Below, piece after piece: positions 40,985 through 53,625 of a stretch of 56,280 bases of DNA. The notes under the pieces are model-generated. The model was not told the origin of the DNA and made no database searches. It worked only from the letters and a program-made list of their open reading frames with translations. Origin of the DNA: Octopus bimaculoides (lineage: Eukaryota); contig NC_068991.1 of NCBI RefSeq assembly GCF_001194135.2, positions 340,427 to 396,706 on the forward strand, in the 5' to 3' direction. A program made the position numbers and the translations under genes. Position 1 is the first letter of the stretch. The number at the start of each line of letters is the position of its first letter.

Positions 40985-41350
40985 AGTACCACTGCCGCTG
41001 CCTTCTGGGATTTGGTTATACCATGTGCTTGCTCTTTGTAGGCCATGATTTCCACAGAGCTACCAATGGATTATTCTTGTCATGTCTTTTGTAATCACAT
41101 TGTGTCAGTTTTGGAAATTCACTAACAATGTGCCATACCGTCCCCCCCTATCACCACGCCATACTGTTCCCCCCTCTCACCATGCCATACCATTTCCTCC
41201 CTCTCACCACACATTCTGCATTTGTAGCTTTCAGTTGTGTTGTCAATTTTGCTCTTCATATAGTTTGTCCTTAGGACTTGTTCTTGTGCCACACATATAA
41301 GTACTTGTGTCTCCATCTTCAGGTCACTCCTCCACACCCATAACCACTGG
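40985..41350 (-). mobile_element. R4/Dong-like (RLE-type) non-LTR retrotransposon C-terminal remnant
   Basis: ETQVLICVAQEQVLRTNYMKSKID...CRMCG...VWHIVSEFPKL...YKRHD..IIHW*LCG...WY (zinc-knuckle region). Confidence 0.75.
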
Positions 41351-42050
41351 TCTTGGTGTTTCTATCTTTTTCAAACTGACCATACATTTTTTTTTTCCTT
41401 CTGTGTTATTTCTTTTTTTGTATTCTTTTCCTCTTTAAGTTCTTCTTTCTTTACACAATCATCAATTTGGATGACACTGGACTTCTTCACGTGTTTCAAC
41501 AATGGTTCCACAATATTCTTTACACCCTACACTTGGCTGTTTGCCTCTGCTTCAACACCATCCAGGCAAATGATCAAACCTTTCTCATCCTTTCTTCTGG
41601 ACAAGTACAACCTATCAGTATCACTGATGCATGGCTGGATGCCCTTCCCATCATCAACCCTCACCTGTTTCCATGCAAGCTAATATTCCCCTCTTGGCCA
41701 GATATGTCTTTCATAGAAGACTGGAAATGCTCAACTTCATTTTATATGATGATGATGATGATGATGATGATAATGACAACAATGATTTGCAACCATCACC
41801 TGATATCTAGACAAAAATTCACACAAACATACAGATGATGGACTTCTTTCAGTTTCCTTCAAATCATCTCAGAACGCTTTGGTTGGCCCAGGGCTAAAGT
41901 GGAAAACATTTGCCCAAGGTACCATGCAGTGGGACTGAACCCAAGACTACACAGTTGGGAAAGAAACTTTCCAACCATGCAGTCATAACTGCACGTATGC
42001 ACAGCCACCCAATATATGTGTGTGTGTGTGTGTATGTGTATGTATATGGA

Positions 42051-42092
<42 letters not shown>

Positions 42093-42199
42093 ATTCTAAT
42101 AACCACTTTCCATCGTTGCATGAATTGGATGAGCCCCAACCCCCTCCCCATCCCCCACGTGTGGGGGGATGGGGGTGGGGGGCACATTACATAGAAACT

Positions 42200-42522
42200 A
42201 CTTTATAGAAGAAACCCCTCACAAATTTTAATGTCTTTCAAATCTACATATATACAATTTATTGGTCTTCTAGATTTCATCTGATAACTTAGATTCTTCA
42301 GGTTCAACTCCAGGTTTATCTGTTGTGATAGTTTCAGTTTTCATGTCAGTTCCAAGTTATTTACACATGACCTCAACCCCAAAGGTCAAGTGTCAGGCCC
42401 CAGGAGGTCTTGTGACTTCTATGTATCAAATGGAAGCAGCATCTTCAAAGATATATAAACATATATCATTTTTCATATGATTTAGGTTGGTTAGTTGGGT
42501 GCCATTGCTTATACAGATATTT
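42200..42522 (-). pseudogene. Possible whole-PLAT remnant
   Basis: TATTTCAG| acceptor, then EISV*, NDICLYIFED, TFGVEVMCK*LG...ITTDKPG, TNKLYICRFER in PLAT order. Confidence 0.35.
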
Positions 42523-43766
42523 CTGAAATAGTTAACTGACAAAATGAGAAGAAATTCCATGGGTTTCACTTGAGAAGACTGTGAACTGTAGTTGTGTGCT
42601 GTTAGTGTGATGGTGAAAGATGAGGGAGGGACAAATATGAAGAGGAAGTTAGAAATGCCACTGAATCAATACAAATGTATAATCACACACACACACACAC
42701 ACACACTGAGGACTAATAATTTGTTGCATTGATAGAGTTGGTAGAATGTTACTTAATGGAGCTGGTATTGATGGTATAAGTTGTTGAGAGTTGAAGGCTA
42801 ATCATTTTTATAACTCAGATCTTAAAATAAAATAAATGATTTAAAGACTGGAATAGAATACAAAGAGTTTGTGACAAAGCAAACACACAGCTCAGTCCAC
42901 TTGGCTGTTAGATATCCCAACATGTGTTTCGTTAGGTTTCAGTGCAGATTTCTACTCCTGGCCCGAATAGGAGCAAGAGTTCATTGAAACCGCTCACCCA
43001 TTGATGGATACCTCAAGCCAAGTAACCAACTTTACTTTTAGGCAACAAAGGAATCAAAGTTTCTTCCTTTTCCAATGTTCACAAGAAATCTTGTGACAAG
43101 TTTGAAGAATTAAGACCAAAAAAAAAAGGCCATGTGGAGTCTCATCACCTCCACTTGAGTCCTAACACAACTATGGAGTCCAGCAATATCTCTATGAAAC
43201 AATCCATTACACGACATTGTGTATTGATAAAACGAAGAAACAATTCAAGTGCTGTCTCTTGTTTCATTCTGACTAAACACCTTTCTGCCTTGACCCTGAT
43301 TTGGCAGCCCTGTTTAGGACTTTATAGAACTAACAGATAATTCTTCCCCTTTTAAAAGTGCACCCCATTTGCAACTTCCTTTCTGCTTGTATGAATGGAC
43401 ACCAATTATAATCATCACTGACTCCACTCAAATACCAACTGAAATACAAGTATGGTATTAAACAGGTACCACCCTTCCATCCCACTCTCTCGCCCCTCAC
43501 TATCTTCTTCCTTCTCTCCCTCTTACTTTTTACTATTTCTCTGTATTATGTCAACCTTTTCCTCTCTCCCTCTCTCTCTTTCTCTCTTTAAACAAAATTT
43601 ATTTGATGTTACTGTTGTTCAGCCCTAGGTCAGCCTTGATCCAGGAGACTGTATTACTTAATGTGTCCTTTCTTTCTTGAGAAAGTAAGGTATGATTTGA
43701 GAGAAATTTGACTGCTATTCCAAGCATTTTCAATGATCATATAGAGGCACCCTCATTTGTCATTTT

Positions 43767-43815
<49 letters not shown>

Positions 43816-46530
43816 TACAGATAGCAGACTTGTCTTTCCTATCTCATAAAGATATTAATGAACGTAAAAACAATTACACCCCTCCCTACCACCACCACCC
43901 ATACATATACACTTCTCATTCACAAATATTCATAAGGAACAGTTTGCAGTATTCTCTCTCTCTCTCTGAATTTCATTTATAATGTTCATTGGTGTTTAAT
44001 TTATTTAAAGTACAATATTACTTTTAACTTTGGTATGACAACAGAAATTTTGAAGGAAAGAGTTTGATTCTTAACCCCCAATATATAATTGGTAAGTGTC
44101 CTAACAACTCTACTGCCTAACAATGGTTAAAATATAACAAATAATATTTGACTACTAAATTATTAAGAATTTGCCAAGACAATTCATACAGTAAATCTCA
44201 GCCAAAACAGATTTTTACCTTTATTTTAGAGTTTGTCTACTCATATTTCAATACATGGATTTTGTATTTGTTTTGAAAGTTGAGAGAGAGAGAGAAAGTG
44301 TAAAGCAAGTTATAAGTGCAGACACTTTCGTAAGACGATGGCAGGGGTTAAAAGAAAGAACATGACTAAGTCAATCTTTGGTCATGCTTGTCTGCATTGA
44401 AGGCTAAGTCTAGTGTTTGTACAACAGGTTTAAAAGAATTTGCAAACATGTCAAAGTATCGTTTCCAACCATCCAGTTATTGCTTTAAATATACCACAAT
44501 CAATTTAACAGTTTCATGACCTCCATTCAAAGGCACGAAGTGTCACAGAAAAATGCGCACAAACTTCCAGGCTGATGCCTAGAGTTTGTTGTTCTCTTAA
44601 ATTCTCTGCTATTAGAGTTCCTATTTTAAAATCTGCTCATCAAAATCCTAAAGAATAATGGCCATAATGGGTATGTCAGTAAAGCCTAATTGAAACGGCA
44701 CATCTCAGAATGGAACCTAGATTAAAGGAGCAGCTGATATTTAACTTAGTTGCTCTTAACTTTGTGTGATAGGGAGGAAAAAAATAAACGTAATTAAGTG
44801 AACCAACAACCAGACTCCATCGCCACCACCGCCGCCGCCACCGCCACCGCCACCACCACCACCACCACAACCACCATTGTATTGTTTTGCTTGTTTTTCC
44901 CAGGAAAACTGAAAGGTTTTGCTTCCAAACTCTCTCGTTTTTGCTTTGTTCTCTTATTTTGTCTTCTTTTAAGCTTGAGAATACAAATCTTCTGCTTGCT
45001 TTGTTCCACCTTCTTTCTTTCTGAAAGATGTTTTATGAATAAAATATTTTGTAAGTTCCTGGAGAAAAATGGCAAGTTTAAGGACATAAAACTGCAATGT
45101 ACTTATGCCAAGGCCGAGTGAAAATGGTAAAGCAATATACTGCTTTGCTGATGAGGTTAGAATGGGAGAAGCACAAGACAAACCCACAAAAATCTTTCCT
45201 AAATGAATTCCGTATTTAAAACAGCAACATTTTTTTATGATTTCAATAGATTGGCAAATAAATTCCATAACTGAATTAAATTCATTGAATCATTAAGTAA
45301 ACCTATCACCTATTTCTAGTTGCTAGACTCAATTTGATGGCTTCTATAAATTTAGTTAATTTTCATATGACTTGTATACTTGTACAGAGGTACAGAGGTA
45401 TGATTGTAAAAAGGTACCATAAGGTGAGAGCATAAAGATACAGCACAGGGTTTGAGTGTATAAATACAGAAGATGAAAGTGTGAATATATAAAAGTAGAA
45501 AATGGGGTTAGTCAAGCAGCTGTGAAATTAAAAACAGCCATAATTGATGGTCCACCAAATAATGTAAAGCAAGATATCTATTTTAGCAAAATATGGTCAA
45601 ATATGACAGTCACAGAACCAGCAGCGAAACAGATGTTAAGGTGAGCTGACAGAATCATTAGCATATTGGACAAAATATTTATGTTCTGAGTTCAAATTCT
45701 GTTGAGGTTAACTTTATAAAGGATGAAAAGTAAAGTATCAGGGAAGCATTGAAATTGATTTTAACCATAAAATTCCTGGTCTTGTGCAAAAATTTGAAAG
45801 AATTCTAAGCCAAATACACTACCTCCAGAATTATCATAGATTTAGATAACAATCAGATTAGCATTTGTAAATAAGAGGGAAAAATAGAAAAAGATTCAGA
45901 GATTTTTTTTTTAATTTAGAAATAAACAAGAATGATCTGGAATAAGTTTCATTTGAGAAACTATCAACTTGAGAAGATGTTGGATATTCTTTCGAAACAA
46001 AGTTTGATCACTAAGCTATGGCATGATTGAGATTTACAATTGATTAGTGATAAACTGGCTACAAGTCTTGAACTCTAGACCCCCNNNNNNNNNNCAAGAC
46101 AGTAGCAATCCAACATGTTAATCCACCTAGATAATATTATCATGATGTTATAGATTAACTTAACAAAATCAATCAAGCATTATAACAACAGTCAAATTTC
46201 TGATTGACTGACTTTATATCAGTCAATCATTTGATCAGTTTAACTGCCGCTACCACCACCACCACCAGTTCATTAGAGAAAATATAACAGAAAAGTCTAA
46301 TTCTTCAATTACATGTAACATGGGCAACGCCAGGTATCTCTGGTAGTATATATACATATATATATATATATATGTATATGTATATATGTGTATATATATA
46401 TATACATATATGTATATATATATGTGTATANNNNNNNNNNNNNNNNNNNNNNNNNNNNNNNNNNNNNNNNNNNNNNNNNNNNNNNNNNNNNNNNNNNNNN
46501 NNNNNNNNNNNNNNNNNNNNNNNNNNNNNN

Positions 46531-46565
<35 letters not shown>

Positions 46566-46999
46566 TACACACACACACAAGCATAGCCAAATCGAACTTC
46601 CTCTGAAGGATCTCTGGAGTAATGTAACATTGACAGGGTGCGTAACTTGAAAACGAGGGAGTCTCTCCAGCTCAAGCCCTTACTTCTCCACATTGAGAGG
46701 TCATAGCTCCACTATTACAGACATAGAATAAGAATTTCATGGAAAAGTATTGTCAGATGTATTCTTGAAGCTGTGCTAAGCACCAGGAGACTGAGTGGTA
46801 GGAATGAAATGGTTGGACAAGGTCCGTAATCTCAATTGGTCACACTAGGGAATCCAACTAGAAAATCTATTCACAGTTGCTCCTGATGGGACCCTACGAA
46901 GGAGGTACCTGTGGGCTCCCCCCCACCCACTGCTCTCCCAGGAGTAGTGGGTGCAGAAGGTGGAGATACATGTGCATACATACACACATAAATATATAC

Positions 47000-47200
47000 A
47001 TAGATACACGTATATATGCAGAGGACGTGTGAAAGCTTAAAATAAACGAGGCCAACATGCTCTGCTGAATGTGCAATATCAGAGTGCATATTTGACAAAG
47101 TGTTGAAAGATGAGGACAGCTGCATAAGCAAGTGTCGATCCTTAGACATGGAAGAGGAAGTGGTGCAAAATGACTTCACTGAGGTAATAACAAAGAACTG
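47000..47200 (+). mobile_element. RTE 3' fragment
   Basis: NEANMLC*MCNIRV and DEDSCISKCRSL motifs. Confidence 0.6.
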
Positions 47201-47917
47201 AGACAATTGGCAATTTGCTACACTTGAAGAAATCTGACCAGCTAAGTAAAACCGAGACCATAAAAGTGTGTCCTTTATGCTTGCATCCACACTCCCCCCC
47301 CCNNNNNNNNNNNNNNNNNNNNNCCCCGCCCCCACTTCTGTACACAATATGATCCCTGACAAATCTCTCCTACATCCCAACTTGCTCCGCTTCCCCCTAC
47401 TGTATTCTTCTCCCCTCTATCTGCCTCTCTCCCTCATGAAACCACCTGTATACAATATCCCTGTCAAATCTCTTCCCCACAACATCTCCTTCCAATACAC
47501 CCTCCTCCTACCCATCCCCACTCACTACATTCTCAACCCCTCCATCATCCACTCTCCTTTCACAATCTCATGAACTTTACCACCTACCCACCCACCTACT
47601 TATCCTCCTCAATCTCCAGTCCACTTCACTATATATAATGCCCTTGTGTGTACACCATGTCACATCTTCACCTGATCTATCTCTCTCTCCCTCACCTGTT
47701 GTAGATATGAGTTTCATTTACTGCAAAACACCTATTTCTGTCCCTCAGTTAAGGAGCCTTGTCACTTGGTGACCTCACTAGTGTTGGTGCCACCTAAAAA
47801 ACACCAAATATCCTCTATAAAGTGGTTGGTGTAATGAAGGGTATTTGGTGTTTTTAGTTAGTGTAATGAAGGGCACCCAGCTATAGAAAGTATACCATAT
47901 GTACAGTAGAGCTTTTG

Positions 47918-47979
<62 letters not shown>

Positions 47980-48159
47980 TACACATTTACATATCTATAT
48001 GTATATACATATGATGGCTGCCCCCTCATTATCGAGTATGGCCATGTATATACATACATATATACTCTCATAGTCTTATATATACATACCACTACACACA
48101 TATACATACATGTATACACACACACACACACAAAATTACATAGATATCAAGAATACGAC

Positions 48160-48594
48160 TCATCAGTCTCCATTTTTCTGTCTGATAAAATCCTAAGAAG
48201 CCTACATGACATGATTGAGATCAGTTTCTTCATCCTGGCATAGTTCACTAGTTTTCAAGTATGTTTTGATGTCAGCAGGGGGTGTATGGCAAGTGGGGGT
48301 TGACTAAAGTTGCGTCTAGTCTTGTTCCTTATGTTTACATAGTCTCACAGTGAAGACAATTTTAATAATTCACTGAAACACACTGAATCAGATATTTTGT
48401 TCAAAAATGTATTCTGTTGCCCACTAAGTAAGAACCACCCCAACCCCCTCAATGATCTCTGGAGCAAGCCAATAAGTGGATGAGGGACCAATCTCAACAA
48501 TGATAGGACAATGGGCCATATGGAATTTACCACTTCTGGTTAACGAAACATTTACCAGTTGCAGTGTTGTAACTACATACAACAGTCACAGGTT
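48160..48594 (-). pseudogene. Whole-PLAT exon remnant
   Basis: TTATAG| acceptor. EPVTVVCSYNTATGK...IPYG, then LLSGQQNTFLNKISDSVCFSELLKL, then SCRLLRILSDRKMETD; several stops and frameshifts. Confidence 0.5.
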
Positions 48595-48819
48595 CTATAA
48601 TGCAGAGTACAAAATGGACAGTGTTCCATTTATATCCATCATGTATAACATGTTGTTGTGTAGCTATATATATGAAATATACTGCATCATTTATGGACAG
48701 TGTTCCAGCTTTATACATCAGTTACCAACTATATAACACAATATATCATATATACACACACACAGTATTACATCAGTCATATATACACACACACAAAAAG
48801 AAGTACATTCAACTAAAGG

Positions 48820-49102
48820 GCTAAGAAGGAATCACTGGTTCATAGATTTGCTCTGTCATCTCACTGTCATTTCTATCCTCTACTACAATGGTCTATGCTC
48901 CACTAAATTTATTACCCAATACATGAATGATTATTCATCAGATACATTCAGATCTCCAAGTCCCATCACTTCATGAAACACAATATGATTCCTTCCCAGA
49001 ATTACAATCCTCAGGGACTTCCTCATTGCCCACTTTTTTCCAGCAGTAGACATCAACACCTAAGCCTTGTGACACTGTTAATTACCAGCATGAAAGGAGA
49101 GC
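48820..49102 (-). pseudogene. PLAT exon remnant
   Basis: CTAACCTTTTTTAG| acceptor. SPFMLVINSV..GVDVY, GRNHIVFHEVMGLGDL, WSID(fs)IVVEDR...IYE. Confidence 0.55.
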
Positions 49103-49185
49103 CTAAAAAAGGTTAGTGTGACTCCTTCTCTTACAAATTAAGAATATCCCAGATAGAGATTTATACTGTAAACTTATTTTCTTAC

Positions 49186-49329
49186 ATCAGTCAGTTTACA
49201 ATCTTGAGCTTGTAGTAAAAAATGTTATGATTACTGGACAACATCAAAATAGATCAAAGTATTCTCTCTTGGTGAAATAATTGGAGTTCACTGACTTAGT
49301 TTCATTCACATTCCATCCCTCTTTATCTC
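49186..49329 (-). pseudogene. PLAT C-terminal exon remnant
   Basis: CCTAACAG| acceptor and GAT|GTAAGA donor; 83-nt intron to the next remnant. GDKEGWNVNETKSVNSNYFTKREYFDLF* matches GW.V..V.V...T..EY.F. Confidence 0.6.
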
Positions 49330-50705
49330 CTGTTAGGCACACCTTTCAAACTACACACCAGTACCACAATATTTTTAATGTGCATAACATTTAGGTAACA
49401 TACATACATACATACATGCTGCATGTCTAGATATGCAATTATATGCATGAGAATACATACATAAAACAAACAAATCTGCACATACATACGTACACACAAA
49501 TAAAAAAAACCCTGTTGTTGATGTTGAAATTCCAGTGAAGAAGCCTTGAATCTAAGTTGGAAACCGGTTCTTTCTCTATTGGCAAAAAATCTTGAAATAA
49601 CTGAATAATGACATACATAAATTGTATGGGGGTATTTTAGTCCAACAGAGCATAAATCAGAGGAACTGAAATAATTTAAACATTAGAAAACCACACTGTG
49701 GGTTAAATAACAATGTAAACATAATCTTTCTGTATAAGTGGGGTGCAATAACCCAAGGGAGTCTCCTGATGGGCCATTTTACAATTTGTTGACTGCTCCT
49801 CAGAAAAGACATACCTGTCTTCTTCTAATTTACATTGTGTTCTACAATAATAGAATTCAATTGATGAAGAATTGTCAAAAGCACAAATATATTGGCACCG
49901 AAGATGATGATGGCAGTGGTGGTGGTGGTGATGCTGATGATGATGATGTGGCAGATAAAGAGGAAAATATTCAGATAATGATATCGGGGCTTGTGATAAC
50001 AATGATGATAATTGTGATTGTGGGGATACGACAATGTTGGTGGCAATGGTGGCTATGGTGATGATGATTGTTAAGTTGATGGTGATGATGAGAGTAGTGA
50101 TAAATTTTGCTGTTTTGGAGCTGAATTTAGAAGAAATATTTGGAAGAGGAATTATTGCCGAATATATCTGTCTTATGTAATATCAGAGAGTTTTAAATAT
50201 GAGATTATGTGTGTGTATGTGCTTGTGTATGTGCATGCACATGTGTGGGAGTGTGTAAATGTGGAGGGTGGAAAGCAGTACACATGTAGATATGTTGGTG
50301 GCGTTGGTGAAGGGCTTGATGGTAATGGGGACGTTGGTGGTGGCATACACATAGTTACTTGTATACATACATGCACATATGGTCTATATACACATGCATC
50401 CACCCATATGTATATACACACACACATCCATACACAAACATACATACACTCATACCTACACATACCCCCACACACAAAGTGAAAGGATACCCACATGTAG
50501 AAGCTGTAAATAAGATGTGAGAGAGAGAGAGAGAGAGAGAGAGCTGAAAATGAGGGAGGGGGCACGTGAATAAATGAAAGAGTAAAAGAGTAAAAGAGGG
50601 TAGAGGAGTGAGAAGGAGGAGGATGTTGAAGTGGAAGGCTTACATCAACCAATGAGAAATCAGTCTGGAGACTGATGAAGGAAAATGTAAATGCTGGTCC
50701 TTCTG

Positions 50706-50744
<39 letters not shown>

Positions 50745-51124
50745 CTCTCTCTCTCACTGTTTAGTTAAGGTTATCATGCATAAAGACCTCACATAATAAA
50801 AAGGAGGGGAAACAAAATAAACAACAAACAAGAAGCAAAATAAAAAAAAATAGATCTTACAACTGAACTGGAAACTGTAAAACAGTAGAGAAGAGGAGAG
50901 TGAGAGGAGAGTGATGGTGTGAGTGTTGTGGTTGCAGGAGTGAGGGGTGGATGACAAGTGTTTCTCTTTCTGTTTTTTTTTTTGGAAAGCTAAAGTGTTA
51001 AAGTTAAAGAGCCGCTGGTTGTACAAGTGGAAGGAAGGACATTACTGTTGAGGAGGAGACCTGCCTTCTTAGAACAACACACACTTTGGTAATTTACTTC
51101 AAGAGCAGCTGGCAGCAGCAGTGG

Positions 51125-51160
51125 TATATAGAGAGACACAGTTCTACTTCTACAGCAGTT
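51125..51160 (+). promoter_or_regulatory. Candidate TATA plus Inr core promoter for the plus-strand gene
   Basis: TATATAGAG at 51125 with an Inr-like GCAGTT whose A (51157) is 32 nt after the first T. GA-repeat tracts lie upstream (about 50520 and 50710-50755). A possible donor (GTAAG at 51406) and the acceptor at 51667 would give a non-coding first exon. Such motifs arise by chance in AT-rich DNA. Confidence 0.3.
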
Positions 51161-51827
51161 TGCTTCACTCATTACAACAGTGGAGAAAAAAAAAAGAGAG
51201 AAAAACAGATTCTAAAGGAGAAAAAATGTTTATTTAACAGAAGCAAAATATGTTATTAAAAAAAATTGGAAAAAAAGGAAAAAGTTAATTTCATTCTGGG
51301 AGAAACTAAGGAAAAAGATTTTTGTGTGTGAATATTTGGTGTTTTATAGAAACTATTCTGTGGATATATAACATGGTTTAATGAAAGAACCAAACAGTTG
51401 GACATGTAAGATTCTTCATCTGTTTATTCTCAATGTTTTTTCTATTGTTTTAAAGTCAGCTCATACAAATTAATAATTATTAATTATTCGTTGGTGAATT
51501 TTTTGAAAACATTTCTGCAAATTCTTTTCACAAAATCTCATTGCTTTCATTGACTGACTTTAAATAAAGCAAAACAAAAACGAAACCCCAAAAAATAGGC
51601 ACCTCCTTCCTTCCCCAACCTCATAAATAATAATTATTCTCTGTAACGAAGATGTCTATTTCTGCAGGAGACCATACTGATCTAACAGGTGCTAGTCACA
51701 CCTAACAGAGTCAGTAACCTTCAGAAGAGAATCAAGAAAAAAGAAAACAAACGACTGAGAACGGGAAACAAAAACTGGTAACACTTTGTGAAATCTAAGA
51801 TTTAATAATATTTGCTCATCATCCATC

Positions 51828-53625
51828 ATGCATTTGTCAATGTTATTGAGTTTACTATTCTTGCTATCAAATGGGATTGTATCTGTTATGGTGGCAGCAG
51901 CTTCAGAAGAATGTGTAATCAGTATGGTGATTCCAAGGAACAAAATTAAGAGTTCTTGTAGCGATGTTGAAAGCTTGTCAAAAGTAGTAAATAAAAACAG
52001 AGAGGACATGTATGGGTTCGATAAAGAAATGAAGTCATTGAAATTCATGTTAGTGACTGAGATGCAAGGCAGCACGGAAAAAAGGATGAGCCTAAATGCT
52101 CGAATAATTCGTCTTGAAAAGATTATTAACCAGCTGATTGGAAATCCTGATAGCAGTAGGACCGGAGAAGAGCATGGTCACCGTAAAACAGATACAACTT
52201 CTCATCCCTATTACTATGGGAGATCATCAATAAACAATCACCAAGTGAAAGATGAAGCTTTAGCGGATGTGCCACAGTTAGAAACTATGGTTGAGAAATA
52301 CACTTTAAATGCGTTTCGCAAAGTCAACAACACCATATCTCAAGAGGTTGATAAACGCTTTAAAGCATATGAAAATAATTTCAATGAAGACCTGCAGAGA
52401 AGTTTAGATGACACCATCCCTAGAGAAGAAATTGTCCAAAAACTTGATGATGGAGTCAGAGCTGAACAACCAATGTCAAGTGCTCGTATCATGTCGACAG
52501 TCCTTTCTGCAGAACTGAAAGAGTTGAGGAAAAATATTCGAGATCTGACAAGGAAATATCAGGAAATCCATAAATATTATTATTCTCTTGAAGAAAGAAT
52601 GAGGATTGAAAGTAACAGCATTCAAGGACAACTTAATGCAACGAAGGGAGTAACCCTCCAAGTGAAGAGAAAAGTTCAAACAATTGAAAGAACTGCAAAC
52701 AAAACCATAGCTGACGTAAAGATGTTGAATAAAAAAATCCCAAACCTCGAAGACTGGCGTTATGAGATCAATAACTCTGTACACAGGGCGAACATTTCAG
52801 CAATCAAGAACATTCATAGAATGTCGAATCAAATTAATTCAAGTTTGTATGAATACATAGATGAGATTATGGGTCCTTTGGATTCCAAGATCCAAGAAAT
52901 TGTAATCGGTTCTCAGAAGCTTGAGGAACTCATTTACGACTTGAAACATGATCTTAATGATACACAAGAAAAACATGCTGGATCTCTGGACCAGGTACAG
53001 TCCAAGATCAGGCAGATTGATGACGGAATGAAATTGCATTTCCTGAATATTTCACAAATTCTATTCACAGCAATCAGTGCTCTCAAAGGCACAGACAACC
53101 AAACCATGGAGAAATTACAGAAATACAACGAAAGCATTAATATCATGAAAGGCAATCTGCTGGGTAAAATACAACATGTAAACTTCACAATGCAACTCTT
53201 AAAGAGTCATACAAAGAACCAAAGTGAAGAGATGCAGAAACAGGCCAATGTTATAAGACATTTGAATGAAATTCTCAATTCAACGTCTTTGAGAATGAAT
53301 GCCATGAAGAAAGAACTGCTACAGTTTCGGACTGAGGTGCTTGTTAATTCTGGGAAATGGGCACCCTATAATTTCTCATTCCATAATATCACAAGTGATT
53401 GTTATGGCACACGCTACATAAAGAAAATTCCTTACCACGTCGGACGGTATGTTGGTGTGATACTTTGTGGTCAGCCTGAAAGATATAAAATTCTTCTCAG
53501 TAACAGAATGTTTTCAGGGTATTTGGATATAGCAGACAATTTGGGATCAGGAGATGACCACTGTGAATTCGTAGGATCCAGTAGAAGAACATTTAATTGC
53601 AAAGGCTCAATCAAAACAAATGAAG
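51828..53625 (+). CDS. Large coding exon of a secreted coiled-coil glycoprotein with an ABI3BP(TARSH)/FNDC1-like C-terminal domain; 3' exon(s) not in window
   Basis: Uninterrupted frame of 599 codons plus 1 nt. In-frame TGA upstream at 51789; ATG has A at -3. Hydrophobic N-terminus MHLSMLLSLLFLLSNGIVSVMVAAASEE. Middle is heptad-rich and helical. The end, W..F....SDCYG.RYIK..Y..GRYVGVILC...RYKILLS......DI.D..G.GDDHCEFV....EG, matches the ABI3BP/FNDC1 C-terminal motif as I recall it (C.G.QYVK..Y..FVGV.LCN..RYKIYLS......NIGD..GHGEDHCQFV). Donor GAAG|GTTTGT at 53625/53626 (phase 1) is followed by T-rich intron-like sequence. Candidate acceptor TTTCTGCAG|GAG at 51667/51668. Confidence 0.9.

Noticed and set aside
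51692-53188. Minus-strand ORFs 51692-52075, 52476-52784, 52839-53039 and 52934-53188
   Set aside because: Antisense shadows of the real plus-strand exon.
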